This document shows, piece after piece, positions 43,780 through 53,756 of a DNA stretch of 64,000 nt. The notes beneath the pieces were generated by a model that was not told the DNA's origin, did no database searches, and saw only the letters and a list, made by a program, of their open reading frames with translations. The first letter of the stretch is position 1, and each line of letters opens with the position of its first letter. The translations under genes were made by a program, and so were the position numbers. This DNA comes from an uncultured Planctomycetaceae bacterium (GTDB taxonomy: Bacteria > Planctomycetota > Planctomycetia > Planctomycetales > Planctomycetaceae): positions 128,001-192,000 of the forward strand of contig CAWFAK010000009.1 in NCBI GenBank assembly GCA_963813715.1. The letters run 5' to 3'.

Positions 43780-46632
43780 TCAGCGAATCGGGACGTCCGC
43801 TTCGAGCGCGACGGGAAGCGTCAAGAGCCGCAGGTCATTGCCGTCGAGAAAGCGCAAAGCCGGATACTCGGCCTGCTCCAGGCGGATCGACGCGGGAACA
43901 ATCAGCCGCAAGTCGCGACCCGGTGCCGGCAGCTCGACCGGACGACTCTGAGAAGGCAAAAGGGTTCGGCCTTGGGCGTCCGTGAGGATCAGCGTTCGCT
44001 CCGGCTGTTCACCGGAGGTCGACGCCAAGTCCTGGTGTTGATCGAGATCGACGAGCGTGATTGCCGCCACTGCGTCTAGCTTTGGAACGCTCGGGAGCCG
44101 CAAGCACAGGATGTTCGGAGCAGCACCGCCTGCGTTCGGCTGAAAGGCGCAGTCAAACAGCTCGAGGTCCGTGCGCTCTTTGCGGACCAGAAAGCGCGTG
44201 GTACCGACGCGTGCAAGCGTCCGGAAGTGGCCCTGCACGTAGCTCAAAAAGTTCATTTTCGGAGTGTCGGCACCCCAGGGGTTGGGGGTGTCGATGAACA
44301 TCATCTGCAGGCGATCGCGGTGGGCGTCCAGCAGCGCATCATCCGCCGAGCGATCCATGCCTTCCCACTGGTTTCCAATGATCACTCTCGAAGCGGGACG
44401 TTGATCAACCCAGAAATAGGCGCTCGCCAAGCCGAAGCGAGGAACGAAGCAATCGGCAGAGGCGCGCAAGTTGGCGGTCACGAAGTTATAGAACGAGGCG
44501 TCACGCTCCGACACCCGCGTCCAACGGCAGCCCTTAAGATTCAGTGGGTCCGACTGAAAATACGTCATGCCGGACGCAAACGTCGCCAGCCCCGCCACGA
44601 TGAGCGCAGAAAGCATGACGGCGAGATTCAAACGGGCAGTCCGCTCAAGTGAGTTCAGCGGATCGATAAGGCCCGATGCCCGAGCCAGGTCATAGAGCAA
44701 CAGAGCCGCGACGAACAGCATGAGCACGTGGCCCAAATGCAATTGGGCTTGTCCCGCTTCGATGATTGGCAAGAGGTGAAGCGGTTCCAGGCAGGCTGCC
44801 AGGAGCAACGCGATCCGCCCAAGCGATCCCGGTCCGCTGCTAAAACTGCCTGTTGGAGGAATCAGGAGGACCCAACAGAGCGGCAGAGCATAGCTCATCC
44901 AGGTTGTGTCCCACAGGCGTGACGTCGACGATCCCGCGATCACAATGCCGCAAACAAGCAATCGCAGCGGCGCAAGCAACGTTTGCTTCGGCGATTCGAT
45001 CCGAAGGACGGCCAGACCCAATCCCACAGCGGCGAGCGCCCAGACACTGGTCAAACTCGGAAGGGGAATGGAATGCCCAAGGACTTCGTACGAACGAAAT
45101 CGCAGCAGAACGACCGCGGGAGCAATTGTCGCCAGCAGGCGCAATGCTCGCAGGATTGGCCCATTCAGAACGGGCCGAAGACCGTCAAAGAAATCCCGGA
45201 CAGCGCCGAATTCGGTACCCAAGTCGAGCAGAAGCACCACAGTCGCCAGCGGGAGCATGAGCGTGCCGATGTACATCTGGCTTCCCGCCATTGGGAAGAT
45301 TTGCAGCGGCTCGACCACGGCAGAAAACGCGAGCAGGACCCGAAAGAACCAATCGCGCTCGCTCAACGAGAGGTTGGGAGGCGGAACGAGCAACAACCAA
45401 GACAGCGGCAAGACGTAATAGAAGCGGCCGTGCGGGTCCCACCACCACGACGTTAGCAACGCAAGCGCAACGCCGCTGGCGACCAAACGCAGGATCCAAA
45501 GCAGGCGTCTTATTGGCACGGAGGTGCGATCGGTCAAGGCCGTCAGGCTGAAAGCAGCGCCCACGCTCGCCCAGGCAATAATGAAGGGAGGTAGCAGCAA
45601 ACGCCTCCCGTAATTGGATCCGCCATATTCGCGAGCCGGCCTCAAGATCAGTGAGTCGAGCATTCCGCTAATGGTGTTCCCATCGAACCAGGCGAAGGCT
45701 GTCATCAGCAGCAGAATCACAAGTCCACCCACCGCGGCTGCGAGCCAGTCACCAAATCCGAAGCGACCGGCCGGCACTCGGAACGCGAGAAGAAGACAGC
45801 AGGGCAACAGACTGACGGTCATGAAGAAACACAGACCGGCGTAACCGTCGGCCAGTCGAGATCGCATGAGTGCCACAGGCAGGGCGACGACGCCGATCGT
45901 AAGCAGACCTTTTAGGAGCGTCCGCACCAGCGAGGGTCGCGTCAAAGCGACAAGGGCCACGGCCAGGGCGATGCAAAAGAAAACGCCCACGTTAACCTTG
46001 GTCAGGATCAAAGCGGCGCCGAGCCCACCCAAAACGCAGAGGGGAAGCCGTCGCGTCGCCGACTTCATCGTCGCCGCGGTCCAGAACGCCAGGGCAAGCA
46101 AGACGGCGATGACTTCCTGCGGATGATTCGGTTCATAACTCAGCACCGATAAATGCAGGACGGAAAGGGTGCCCGCGATCGCGGCCAGACCGAAGGCAAA
46201 GCGGCTTTTTCCCGCTATGCGCGCGGCCGTGGCCGCCAGGATCAGTGCGGCCAAGCTCCAGCTCGCAAACGTCACGGCCCGGCCCGCGTCGTTCGTGAGG
46301 GGCAGCCTCAGCAGTCCAAACAACATCCAGCGTTCGAAGAAATAGGAGGGCCCGTAGACACTGTGAATGTCGTCGTAAATTGCTCGCCCGTCGAGCAAGT
46401 GGCGGACGAACAGGAGATGCTTTCCTTCGTCATCGTAAAGCTTGAACGTGCTAAAGAGCGTGAAAAAGCAATAGGCCGCGCAGCAACCGAAAACGCTGAC
46501 CACGAGCACGCGCAAAAAAAGGCGTTCGACATCGAATCGGCCGAACGAGCGCGCATCACCCGCCGGCGACAGCCCAGCGGATTCCGGACGTCGAGTGCCG
46601 TCGGCACTCTCGGGATGCGACGTTTCCTGCAC
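43780..46632 (-). CDS. Large GT-C-like polytopic membrane protein, paralog B (950 aa, intact)
   Basis: YDDEG, IYDDIHSVYGP, EPNHPQE, TKVNVGVF; duplicated internal TM module; soluble C-terminal domain. Confidence 0.75.
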   Translation of the reverse strand: MQETSHPESADGTRRPESAGLSPAGDARSFGRFDVERLFLRVLVVSVFGCCAAYCFFTLFSTFKLYDDEGKHLLFVRHLLDGRAIYDDIHSVYGPSYFFERWMLFGLLRLPLTNDAGRAVTFASWSLAALILAATAARIAGKSRFAFGLAAIAGTLSVLHLSVLSYEPNHPQEVIAVLLALAFWTAATMKSATRRLPLCVLGGLGAALILTKVNVGVFFCIALAVALVALTRPSLVRTLLKGLLTIGVVALPVALMRSRLADGYAGLCFFMTVSLLPCCLLLAFRVPAGRFGFGDWLAAAVGGLVILLLMTAFAWFDGNTISGMLDSLILRPAREYGGSNYGRRLLLPPFIIAWASVGAAFSLTALTDRTSVPIRRLLWILRLVASGVALALLTSWWWDPHGRFYYVLPLSWLLLVPPPNLSLSERDWFFRVLLAFSAVVEPLQIFPMAGSQMYIGTLMLPLATVVLLLDLGTEFGAVRDFFDGLRPVLNGPILRALRLLATIAPAVVLLRFRSYEVLGHSIPLPSLTSVWALAAVGLGLAVLRIESPKQTLLAPLRLLVCGIVIAGSSTSRLWDTTWMSYALPLCWVLLIPPTGSFSSGPGSLGRIALLLAACLEPLHLLPIIEAGQAQLHLGHVLMLFVAALLLYDLARASGLIDPLNSLERTARLNLAVMLSALIVAGLATFASGMTYFQSDPLNLKGCRWTRVSERDASFYNFVTANLRASADCFVPRFGLASAYFWVDQRPASRVIIGNQWEGMDRSADDALLDAHRDRLQMMFIDTPNPWGADTPKMNFLSYVQGHFRTLARVGTTRFLVRKERTDLELFDCAFQPNAGGAAPNILCLRLPSVPKLDAVAAITLVDLDQHQDLASTSGEQPERTLILTDAQGRTLLPSQSRPVELPAPGRDLRLIVPASIRLEQAEYPALRFLDGNDLRLLTLPVALEADVPIR

Positions 46633-46927
46633 GTTGGAGGCCGATTTATCGCGGTGCCGCGGAAGGATAATTTGTGGGATCGCACCGCTCGTCTCCGCCC
46701 GGCGCGTGCGTAAAGACCACTGCTGGCTCCATCTGCATTATCCCTGGTCGGCGGGTACCGTCAAACGCGCGCCGCAAGGGCACCGACGGCCGTTCGCACG
46801 ATCACTTCGTTCGGAGAAAACGCCACCGACGGGCTATTCAGGCGTCAGCCTCGGCAAATATGATGAAGAGACTTTCGAGCGAACGTTGGCTCGGGCCTCG
46901 CGCTCACTTCCGATTCGGGGCATCGCG

Positions 46928-47977
46928 TTGGAACTCCACGGGCGAACAATTCTTGTCACAGGCGGGGCTGGATTTATCGGCTCCCATCTCGTCGACGCGC
47001 TTTCTGACTGCTCCGTCCGAGTCGTTGACGACTTCTCGACGGGCCGCCAGGAGAATCTGGAGCACCGCCTCGGCCAAGGCCGACTCGAAATCATCCGCGG
47101 CGATTTGCGGGATCCGGCGCTGCTGCCCCGCATCTTGCAAGGCGTCGACGTGGTGTTTCACCTGGCGTGCCGCGGCGTGCGGCACTCGATCGGGCATCCG
47201 CTCGAAAACCACGAGGTGAACGCGACCGGCACCTTGCAGCTGCTCGAGGCGGCCCGTCGCGCCCGGGTTCAGCGATTTGTGCACGTCTCGTCGTCGGAAG
47301 TGTATGGCACGGCTCAGTCGGCCCCGATGGATGAAAGTCATCCGACCAGTCCCGAAACGGTCTACGGGGCCTCAAAGCTGGCTGGCGAATGCTACGCGCG
47401 CGCTGCGCATCAGACCTACGGCTTTCCGACGGTCATCGTGCGTCCGTTCAATAACTTTGGTCCCCGCAGCCATCATGAGGGAGATTCCGGCGAGGTCATT
47501 CCCCGGTTTGTCGTCTGGGCTCTTAACGGGCAGGCGCCTGTGATTTTCGGTGACGGCGCTCAAACGCGCGATTTCATCTACGTTGAAGACACGGCCTACT
47601 GGCTGCGGCGGGCGGCAGAATGCGATGCGCTGATCGGGCAAACGGTCAACTTCGGCTCCGGCACTGAGACGTCGATTCGCGAACTCGCCGATCTCGTTTA
47701 CGACGTTACGTGCGGGGCGCCGATTGCTCCCGAATTCCGGGCACCGCGGCCCGGCGACGTGCGGCGACATGTGGCAGGCATCGCCAAAGCGCGACGAATG
47801 CTCGGATTCGAGACCAGAATTTCGCTGCGCGAGGGGATTGAAAGGACTGTTGCGTACCTGCGATCCAGGGGCGACGATGTGGGCAGACTGCTGGCGGAGA
47901 CTCAAAGAATCAATTGGGTGATGAGCGACAGCGGAGCTTCCTCACAAGTGCGCGAAAGCGGGAAAGCGTCGGCGTGA
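46928..47977 (+). CDS. NAD-dependent nucleotide-sugar epimerase/dehydratase
   Basis: VTGGAGFIG, SSSEVYG, YGASK, RPFNNFGP, RDFIYVED. Confidence 0.92.
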   Translation: MELHGRTILVTGGAGFIGSHLVDALSDCSVRVVDDFSTGRQENLEHRLGQGRLEIIRGDLRDPALLPRILQGVDVVFHLACRGVRHSIGHPLENHEVNATGTLQLLEAARRARVQRFVHVSSSEVYGTAQSAPMDESHPTSPETVYGASKLAGECYARAAHQTYGFPTVIVRPFNNFGPRSHHEGDSGEVIPRFVVWALNGQAPVIFGDGAQTRDFIYVEDTAYWLRRAAECDALIGQTVNFGSGTETSIRELADLVYDVTCGAPIAPEFRAPRPGDVRRHVAGIAKARRMLGFETRISLREGIERTVAYLRSRGDDVGRLLAETQRINWVMSDSGASSQVRESGKASA

Positions 47978-49125
47978 TACCAATTACCAAGCCCTATTTC
48001 GGGCCCGAGGAGGCCGAGGCCGCCGCCAGCGTGATTGAAAGCGGATGGGTCACACAGGGGCCAAAGGTCGCCGAATTCGAGCGGGCCGTCGCCGATTACT
48101 GCCAGACCGCGGAAGCCGTCGCGGTGAGCAATTGCACGGCGGCTTTGCATTTGTCGCTGTTGGCACTGGGCGTCGGTCCCGGAGACGAGGTGATCTGCCC
48201 GTCGATGTCGTTTATTGCCACCGCCAATTCGATTCGTCACGCCGGTGCGACGCCCGTTTTTGCCGACGTCGATTGCCAGACCTACAACCTCGACCCGGAC
48301 GCCACCGAAGCAGCGATCACACCGCGAACCAAGGCAATCCTGGTCGTGCACCAGATTGGCATGCCGGCCGACATCGACCGCTTCCTTGCGATTGGAGCCC
48401 GGTACGGAGTCAAGATTCTAGAGGATGCCGCCTGTGCCTTCGGTGCCCGATACAAGGGCCGGCCGATCGGCGGACACAGCGAGTTGGCTTGCTTCAGCCT
48501 GCATCCCCGCAAGCTCATCACCACCGGCGAAGGCGGCTTGATCACGACCAATAGTCGCGAGCACGCGCAGCGCCTGCGGCTGTTGCGGCAACATGGCATG
48601 AGCATTTCCGACGCGGTCCGCCACGCCTCGAATCAGGTGCTCACCGAGCAGTATGTTTGCGTGGGCTACAACCAGCGGATGACCGATATCCAAGCGGCCA
48701 TCGGCGTCGAGCAGATGAAAAAGCTCGATTGGATCGTAGGTCGGCGGATTGAGTTGGCAGGCCGTTACACGCAGGCCTTGGCCACTCATCCCTGGTTGTC
48801 ACCGCCGCACGTCCCTGAGTTCGCGCAGCCGAATTTTCAGAGTTATGCCGTCCAGATCAAGAGGGGCGCTCCGTTTGGACGGGACGAGTTGATGCAGAAG
48901 CTGCTCGACCGCGGAATTGCCACGCGTCGGGGAATCATGTTGTCGCATTTGGAGTCCCCCTATCGGAAGTCTGCAACCGATCTCCCACAATCGGAACAAG
49001 CCAGCGCCCATTCGCTCTTGCTACCCTTATTCCCACAAATGGAAATCGGTGATCAAGACGTTGTGATCAATGCCTTGCGAGAGTGCGCAACGGCGCGTCC
49101 CTTGTGCGCGCAGTCCCGTCCATGA
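47974..49125 (+). CDS. DegT/DnrJ/EryC1/StrS sugar aminotransferase 1
   Basis: EDAACA, FSLHPRKLITTGEGG, GYNQRMTD; GTGA-coupled to the upstream gene. Confidence 0.92.
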   Translation: MIPITKPYFGPEEAEAAASVIESGWVTQGPKVAEFERAVADYCQTAEAVAVSNCTAALHLSLLALGVGPGDEVICPSMSFIATANSIRHAGATPVFADVDCQTYNLDPDATEAAITPRTKAILVVHQIGMPADIDRFLAIGARYGVKILEDAACAFGARYKGRPIGGHSELACFSLHPRKLITTGEGGLITTNSREHAQRLRLLRQHGMSISDAVRHASNQVLTEQYVCVGYNQRMTDIQAAIGVEQMKKLDWIVGRRIELAGRYTQALATHPWLSPPHVPEFAQPNFQSYAVQIKRGAPFGRDELMQKLLDRGIATRRGIMLSHLESPYRKSATDLPQSEQASAHSLLLPLFPQMEIGDQDVVINALRECATARPLCAQSRP

Positions 49126-49874
49126 ACCTGCCGAATTTCCTGATCGCCGGCGCGCCGCGTGCCGGAACAACGTTCCTCTACGAAATTCTTGGCGAGCACC
49201 CGGACGTTTACCTGGCCAGGCCCCGCAGCCCCGAACCAAAGTTTTTTTTGGTTGACGAAGAATTCCAAAAAGGCCTCGGCTATTACTCGGAGAGGTATTT
49301 CGCGGGTGTGGAGGGCCAAACCGCGGTCGGAGAGAAATCGACGAATTATCTGGAAAATCCGCACGTGGCAGATCGCATCCGTTCGCTGCTGCCGGGCGTC
49401 AAACTGCTCTTTACACTCCGAAATCCGATCGAGCGCGCGTTTTCGAACTACCTCTGGTCCCAAAAAAACGGCCTCGAAACTTTGTCTTTTGCCGACGCTG
49501 TGGAGACCGAGCAGGCCCGTGAAGCCGAGTACCCGCATGCCTATCGCTACTCGCGGCCCTTTTCCTATGTGTCGCGCGGTCTGTACGCCGCACATTTGCG
49601 GCCCTATCTGGAAGAATTTCCTTCGGACCAAATTAAAGTGGTCCTTCTCGACGATCTCGAAGAAAAGCCCCAGGTCGAACTCGACGGGATCGCCCGGTTT
49701 TTGGGTGTCCGAGCACTGCAGTCGCCGGGCGACTTACATCGCCGCGTCAACACGGCTCGGGTCGGCAATGAGCAGATCGGGGAAGCCACTCGTGCCAGGT
49801 TGCAAGACGTTTTCCGTGATCCCAATCGGGAATTGGCCGACCTCTTGAAGCGGGATCTCTCCCATTGGTCGTAG
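49122..49874 (+). CDS. PAPS-dependent sulfotransferase
   Basis: PNFLIAGAPRAGTT (5'-PSB), GEKSTNY, LRNPIERAFS (3'-PB); ATGA-coupled. Confidence 0.9.
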   Translation: MNLPNFLIAGAPRAGTTFLYEILGEHPDVYLARPRSPEPKFFLVDEEFQKGLGYYSERYFAGVEGQTAVGEKSTNYLENPHVADRIRSLLPGVKLLFTLRNPIERAFSNYLWSQKNGLETLSFADAVETEQAREAEYPHAYRYSRPFSYVSRGLYAAHLRPYLEEFPSDQIKVVLLDDLEEKPQVELDGIARFLGVRALQSPGDLHRRVNTARVGNEQIGEATRARLQDVFRDPNRELADLLKRDLSHWS

Positions 49875-50632
49875 CGGACGAGCAATTCAACCTGATTTGC
49901 CTCACGGTCGACGTTGAGTGGGCGCACCCCGACGTTCTGCACGACCTGGTCGAAACCATCAGTGCCCGCGGTCTCGAGGCGACGTTCTTTTCGACGCATG
50001 CCGGAATCCAAGTGCCCGGCCACGAGCGGGCTCTGCACCCGAATTTCCTGCGTTCGGGTGAAACGATGCGACGACTGGGCACTGCAGCTGCCGCGATGAC
50101 CGATGTTGACGTCTACCGCCATGTGGTCGAGACAACGCACAGCTTCTGTCCCGAGGCGGTGGGAGTGCGCGGTCATCGGCAATTTTTCGACTCAACGCTC
50201 TTGCCGATCTACAAAGAATGCGGATTGCGATACGACAGCAGCCTGTTCCTCCCGCTGGCGGAGGGCTTGGCGCCCGTTATGAAGCCGCACGACATTCTCG
50301 AGTTGCCGATTTATTACATCGACCACAGTGACCTCAACGCTCGCTATACCGATTTCGACGTCGCCGCGCTTGGGCTCGATCGACCGGGGTTGAAAGTGTT
50401 CGACTTCCATCCCAATACGGTCTTCATCAACGCCGCTACCAATGGGCAGTACGATGCCTCGAAGGCCCACTATCACGATCCGGACAAACTGCTGGCGATG
50501 CGGCAATCAGGCGCCGGCGCGCGAACTCTCTTCATCCAGCTTCTCGATTTCATCGCGAGCCAGCGCCGACCCACCGCGACTCTCGCAGAGGTCGATCGAC
50601 GCTGGCGTGCGGCCGCAGTGAAGCAACGGTGA
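49865..50632 (+). CDS. Polysaccharide deacetylase, WbmS-like
   Basis: LTVDVEWA, ATFFSTH, LHPNF, VRGH, YDSS, KVFDFHP. Confidence 0.8.
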   Translation: MVVADEQFNLICLTVDVEWAHPDVLHDLVETISARGLEATFFSTHAGIQVPGHERALHPNFLRSGETMRRLGTAAAAMTDVDVYRHVVETTHSFCPEAVGVRGHRQFFDSTLLPIYKECGLRYDSSLFLPLAEGLAPVMKPHDILELPIYYIDHSDLNARYTDFDVAALGLDRPGLKVFDFHPNTVFINAATNGQYDASKAHYHDPDKLLAMRQSGAGARTLFIQLLDFIASQRRPTATLAEVDRRWRAAAVKQR

Positions 50633-50660
50633 TCCGGGCCAAACACGGGCAGAGCCTTCG

Positions 50661-51654
50661 ATGCAGATCACCGTTTACACCGATAAGCACCGCGCCCTGT
50701 GGTCCCGATTTCTCGCAGGGTCGGTCAACGGCACCCTTTTTCACAGCCAAGAGTTCCTCGACTACCACCCCGCGGGTCGATTTTCGTGGCATCACCTCAT
50801 CTTCGGTAATCCGGGAGAGCCCTTGGCGGTGATGCCGGGAGCCATTCACGTCGATGCAAACGGCAAAACAACCTATCGCTCCCCCGCCGGGGCAACGCTT
50901 GGCGGACTCGTTCTTGCGGCCTCGGCTGAGCCTTTCACAAACGATCGAGTTGGTCCAATCTTTGGTCGCGTACGGGCGCGAGTCGGGCTGGTCGTCGATT
51001 GTCTTGGGGACGGTGCCCCCGCTTTATTGGCGGACGCCGGACGACGCGCTGGAATTCGTGCTCCGCGACGCCGGCTTTGTCGGCACGCCCCAGCTGATGT
51101 TTTATGTGCCTTTGAAGCAAGCGGGGTCGGAGGCAGATTTGCTCCAGCTGGTTCCGTCGGCAAAACGGTGGGAGTTTCGCAAGTCGCTACAGCAAGGTTT
51201 GGAAATCCGCGCAGCCGAAACTCCCGATCAAATCGCGCAGTTTTATGAAGTCCTGAGGATCAACAAGGCCGCACATGGCACCCAACCCGTACACTCTCTT
51301 GACGAGTTGCTGGGGCTTAAGCAGCGTTTTCCCGATCGCATCCGCATCCTCTGCGCGATCAAAGAGGGAGAGACGTTAGCGGGAATTTATCGCGTTGCTG
51401 CGACCCCGCGCGTCTCGTACACTCAATATATTGCCGACCGACCCGATTCTCGGGACGTGCAAGCAACCCGCTTTGTGCTGTTTCACACCCTCCAAGAACT
51501 CGTCCAGGCCGGGGTCGAATTCCTCGACTTGGGCCCGTCGGTCCAATTGCCCATCGTTCGCCGGGGTGGCGTCGTCTTTAAGGAGTCGGTCGGTGGGTTC
51601 GGCTGCGAGCGTCGGGAGTGGATTTTGGGACTGTCGCAGCCCCAGGCCGGTTGA
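50661..51654 (+). CDS. GNAT / FemAB-like acyltransferase, indel near 50920
   Basis: NGTLFHSQEFLDYH, SPAGATLGG, PVHSLDEL, FLDLG, FKESVGG. Confidence 0.8.
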
Positions 51655-51693
51655 CCCCAAATCCTTTCTCCACAGTCGCCCGAGCGCTCGACG

Positions 51694-52734
51694 ATGATGT
51701 CTCCGCACCAAAGAATCAGCATCATCATCCCGGCGTTCAACGAAGAAGAAAATCTGCCGGAGATCGTCACGCGGCTGCACGCGCTCGATCCGGCGCTGGC
51801 CGAGCGCGGGCTCGAACTGGAGATCGTCGTGATCGACGACCACTCCAGCGACGCCACCTGTCAGGTGGGAAAGGCTCTGGCAAGCAAGCACCCCGGCATG
51901 CGCTATGTGCGGCTCTCGCGTAATAGCGGCTCGCATATCGCCTGCGCTGCCGGACTGGACCAGTGCACGGGCGACGCGGCCATCGTGATGGCGGCCGATC
52001 TGCAGGATCCCCCCGAAATCGTGCTCAAGTTGGCTGATGAATGGCAACGGGGCAACGACGTCGTCTGGGCCGTCCGCTCCAAGCGCGAGGGGGAATCGTG
52101 GAGCACGTTGCTCACGTCGTGGCTATTCAACTCGCTCATGAAGCACGCCTTTCCCGATTTGCCGCGGAAGGGGGCCGATTTTGTTCTCGTCAGCCGCCGT
52201 GTGATCGACGCGTACAACGCGATGCGGGAGAAAAACCCGAACATCAACCTGGCATTTCGCTGGTGCGGATTCCGGCAGTCGTCATTCGAGTACGTGAAGC
52301 AAGCACGTCACGCGGGCAAGAGCCGTTTCACTCTGGCAAAAAAGCTCAAGGTTTTTGTCGACTCGATCGTCGGCTACAGCTACGCGCCGCTACGAGTGAC
52401 GGCGGTGCTCGGTGCGAGCCTGTTCGTCGTCGGTTTTGTCGCCGCATTGGCGGCCGTTGTCGGGCGACTTGCCGGGGCCTCCTGGACCACATTTGGCATC
52501 GCCATGGTCCTAGCCGTAACGTTGGCGGGGCAAGGCGTCACGCTCGTGGCGCTCGGACTGCTCGGTGAATATACGTGGCGGGCTCTCGATGAAGTGCGCG
52601 GTCGACCACGCTATCTGATCGAAGAATCCGCCGGACCGACAGCCGTCGATTCGGCGGCGCGGAACGCATCCCGCGAACCTGTCATCGAACAGAAGTTGCG
52701 GGTTGCAACGCAAGAAAGTTGGGAAGCCAGATGA
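51694..52734 (+). CDS. GT2 polyprenyl-phosphate glycosyltransferase (GtrB/ArnC-like)
   Basis: IPAFNEEENL, DDHSSD, LSRNSG, ADLQDPPE, two C-terminal TMs, GEY...RPRYLI. Confidence 0.9.
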   Translation: MMSPHQRISIIIPAFNEEENLPEIVTRLHALDPALAERGLELEIVVIDDHSSDATCQVGKALASKHPGMRYVRLSRNSGSHIACAAGLDQCTGDAAIVMAADLQDPPEIVLKLADEWQRGNDVVWAVRSKREGESWSTLLTSWLFNSLMKHAFPDLPRKGADFVLVSRRVIDAYNAMREKNPNINLAFRWCGFRQSSFEYVKQARHAGKSRFTLAKKLKVFVDSIVGYSYAPLRVTAVLGASLFVVGFVAALAAVVGRLAGASWTTFGIAMVLAVTLAGQGVTLVALGLLGEYTWRALDEVRGRPRYLIEESAGPTAVDSAARNASREPVIEQKLRVATQESWEAR

Positions 52735-53756
52735 GCGACTCGCGAATGGTCGGCGTCGCCGTGATTGGTTGTGGGTATTGGGGGCCCAACCTGGTCCGCA
52801 ATTTCTCCGTCTGCGCGGACACACGCGTTGTGGCTGTTTGCGACAAGGACGTCGGCCGGCTCAAGCGCGTTGCCCCAATCTGTCCCACCGCGAAGCTGAC
52901 CGGCAACTTTGACGACGTTCTGCGCAACCCCGAAATTGAAGCCGTGGCGATTGCCACTCCGGTGGCCACACACGTTCACCTGGCGACGGCCGCACTGGAA
53001 GCAGGCAAGCACGTTCTGGTCGAAAAACCGCTGGCGGGCAACGTCCGCGACGCAGAGGTGCTCGTCCGCAGAGCTGCCGAGGCCGGCCGCATCCTGATGG
53101 TCGACCACACATACCTCTACAGTCCTGCGATCCGCAAAATCAAAGAGCTCGTCGACAAGGGCGAGTTCGGCGAGCTCTTTTACATCGACAGCGTGCGGAT
53201 CAATCTGGGCCAGTTCCAAAGCGATATCAACGTCCTCTGGGATCTGGCTCCCCACGATCTCTCGATTATCGACTACTTGCTCGGTCGGATGCCCCGCAGC
53301 CTGGCCGCGATGGGCGTCTCCCATACCTCAAGTGAGCTGGAGGATGTGGCTTACCTCAACCTCGACTTCGGCAACTCATTGATGGCCACATTTCACGTCA
53401 ATTGGTTGAGCCCAGTGAAGCTGAGGCACACCATCATCGGGGGCAGCAAGCGGAGCGCTGTCTACAACGATCTCGATCCGGTCCAGCCGATTCAAATCTA
53501 CGACAGCGGGATCCAGCTCGGTCAATCCTCGGAAGCACGGTATGGCGCCCTGGTGAGCTACCGCATGGGAGACATCTGGTCTCCTTACGTGTCGCGCAGC
53601 GAAGAGCCCCTGCAGAATGTCGTCCGCCATTTTGCCGACTGCATTCTCCAGAACAAGCAGCCGCTCACCGACGGCGAATCGGGGCTGCGCGTGGTGCGGA
53701 TCCTCGAGGCGGCCCAGCGCAGCATTAAAGCCCAAGGCGGCCGCATCACCTTGTGA
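52731..53756 (+). CDS. Gfo/Idh/MocA oxidoreductase (WbpB/GnnA-like)
   Basis: IGCGYWGPNLVRN, HVLVEKP, WDLAPHD. Confidence 0.9.
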   Translation: MSDSRMVGVAVIGCGYWGPNLVRNFSVCADTRVVAVCDKDVGRLKRVAPICPTAKLTGNFDDVLRNPEIEAVAIATPVATHVHLATAALEAGKHVLVEKPLAGNVRDAEVLVRRAAEAGRILMVDHTYLYSPAIRKIKELVDKGEFGELFYIDSVRINLGQFQSDINVLWDLAPHDLSIIDYLLGRMPRSLAAMGVSHTSSELEDVAYLNLDFGNSLMATFHVNWLSPVKLRHTIIGGSKRSAVYNDLDPVQPIQIYDSGIQLGQSSEARYGALVSYRMGDIWSPYVSRSEEPLQNVVRHFADCILQNKQPLTDGESGLRVVRILEAAQRSIKAQGGRITL

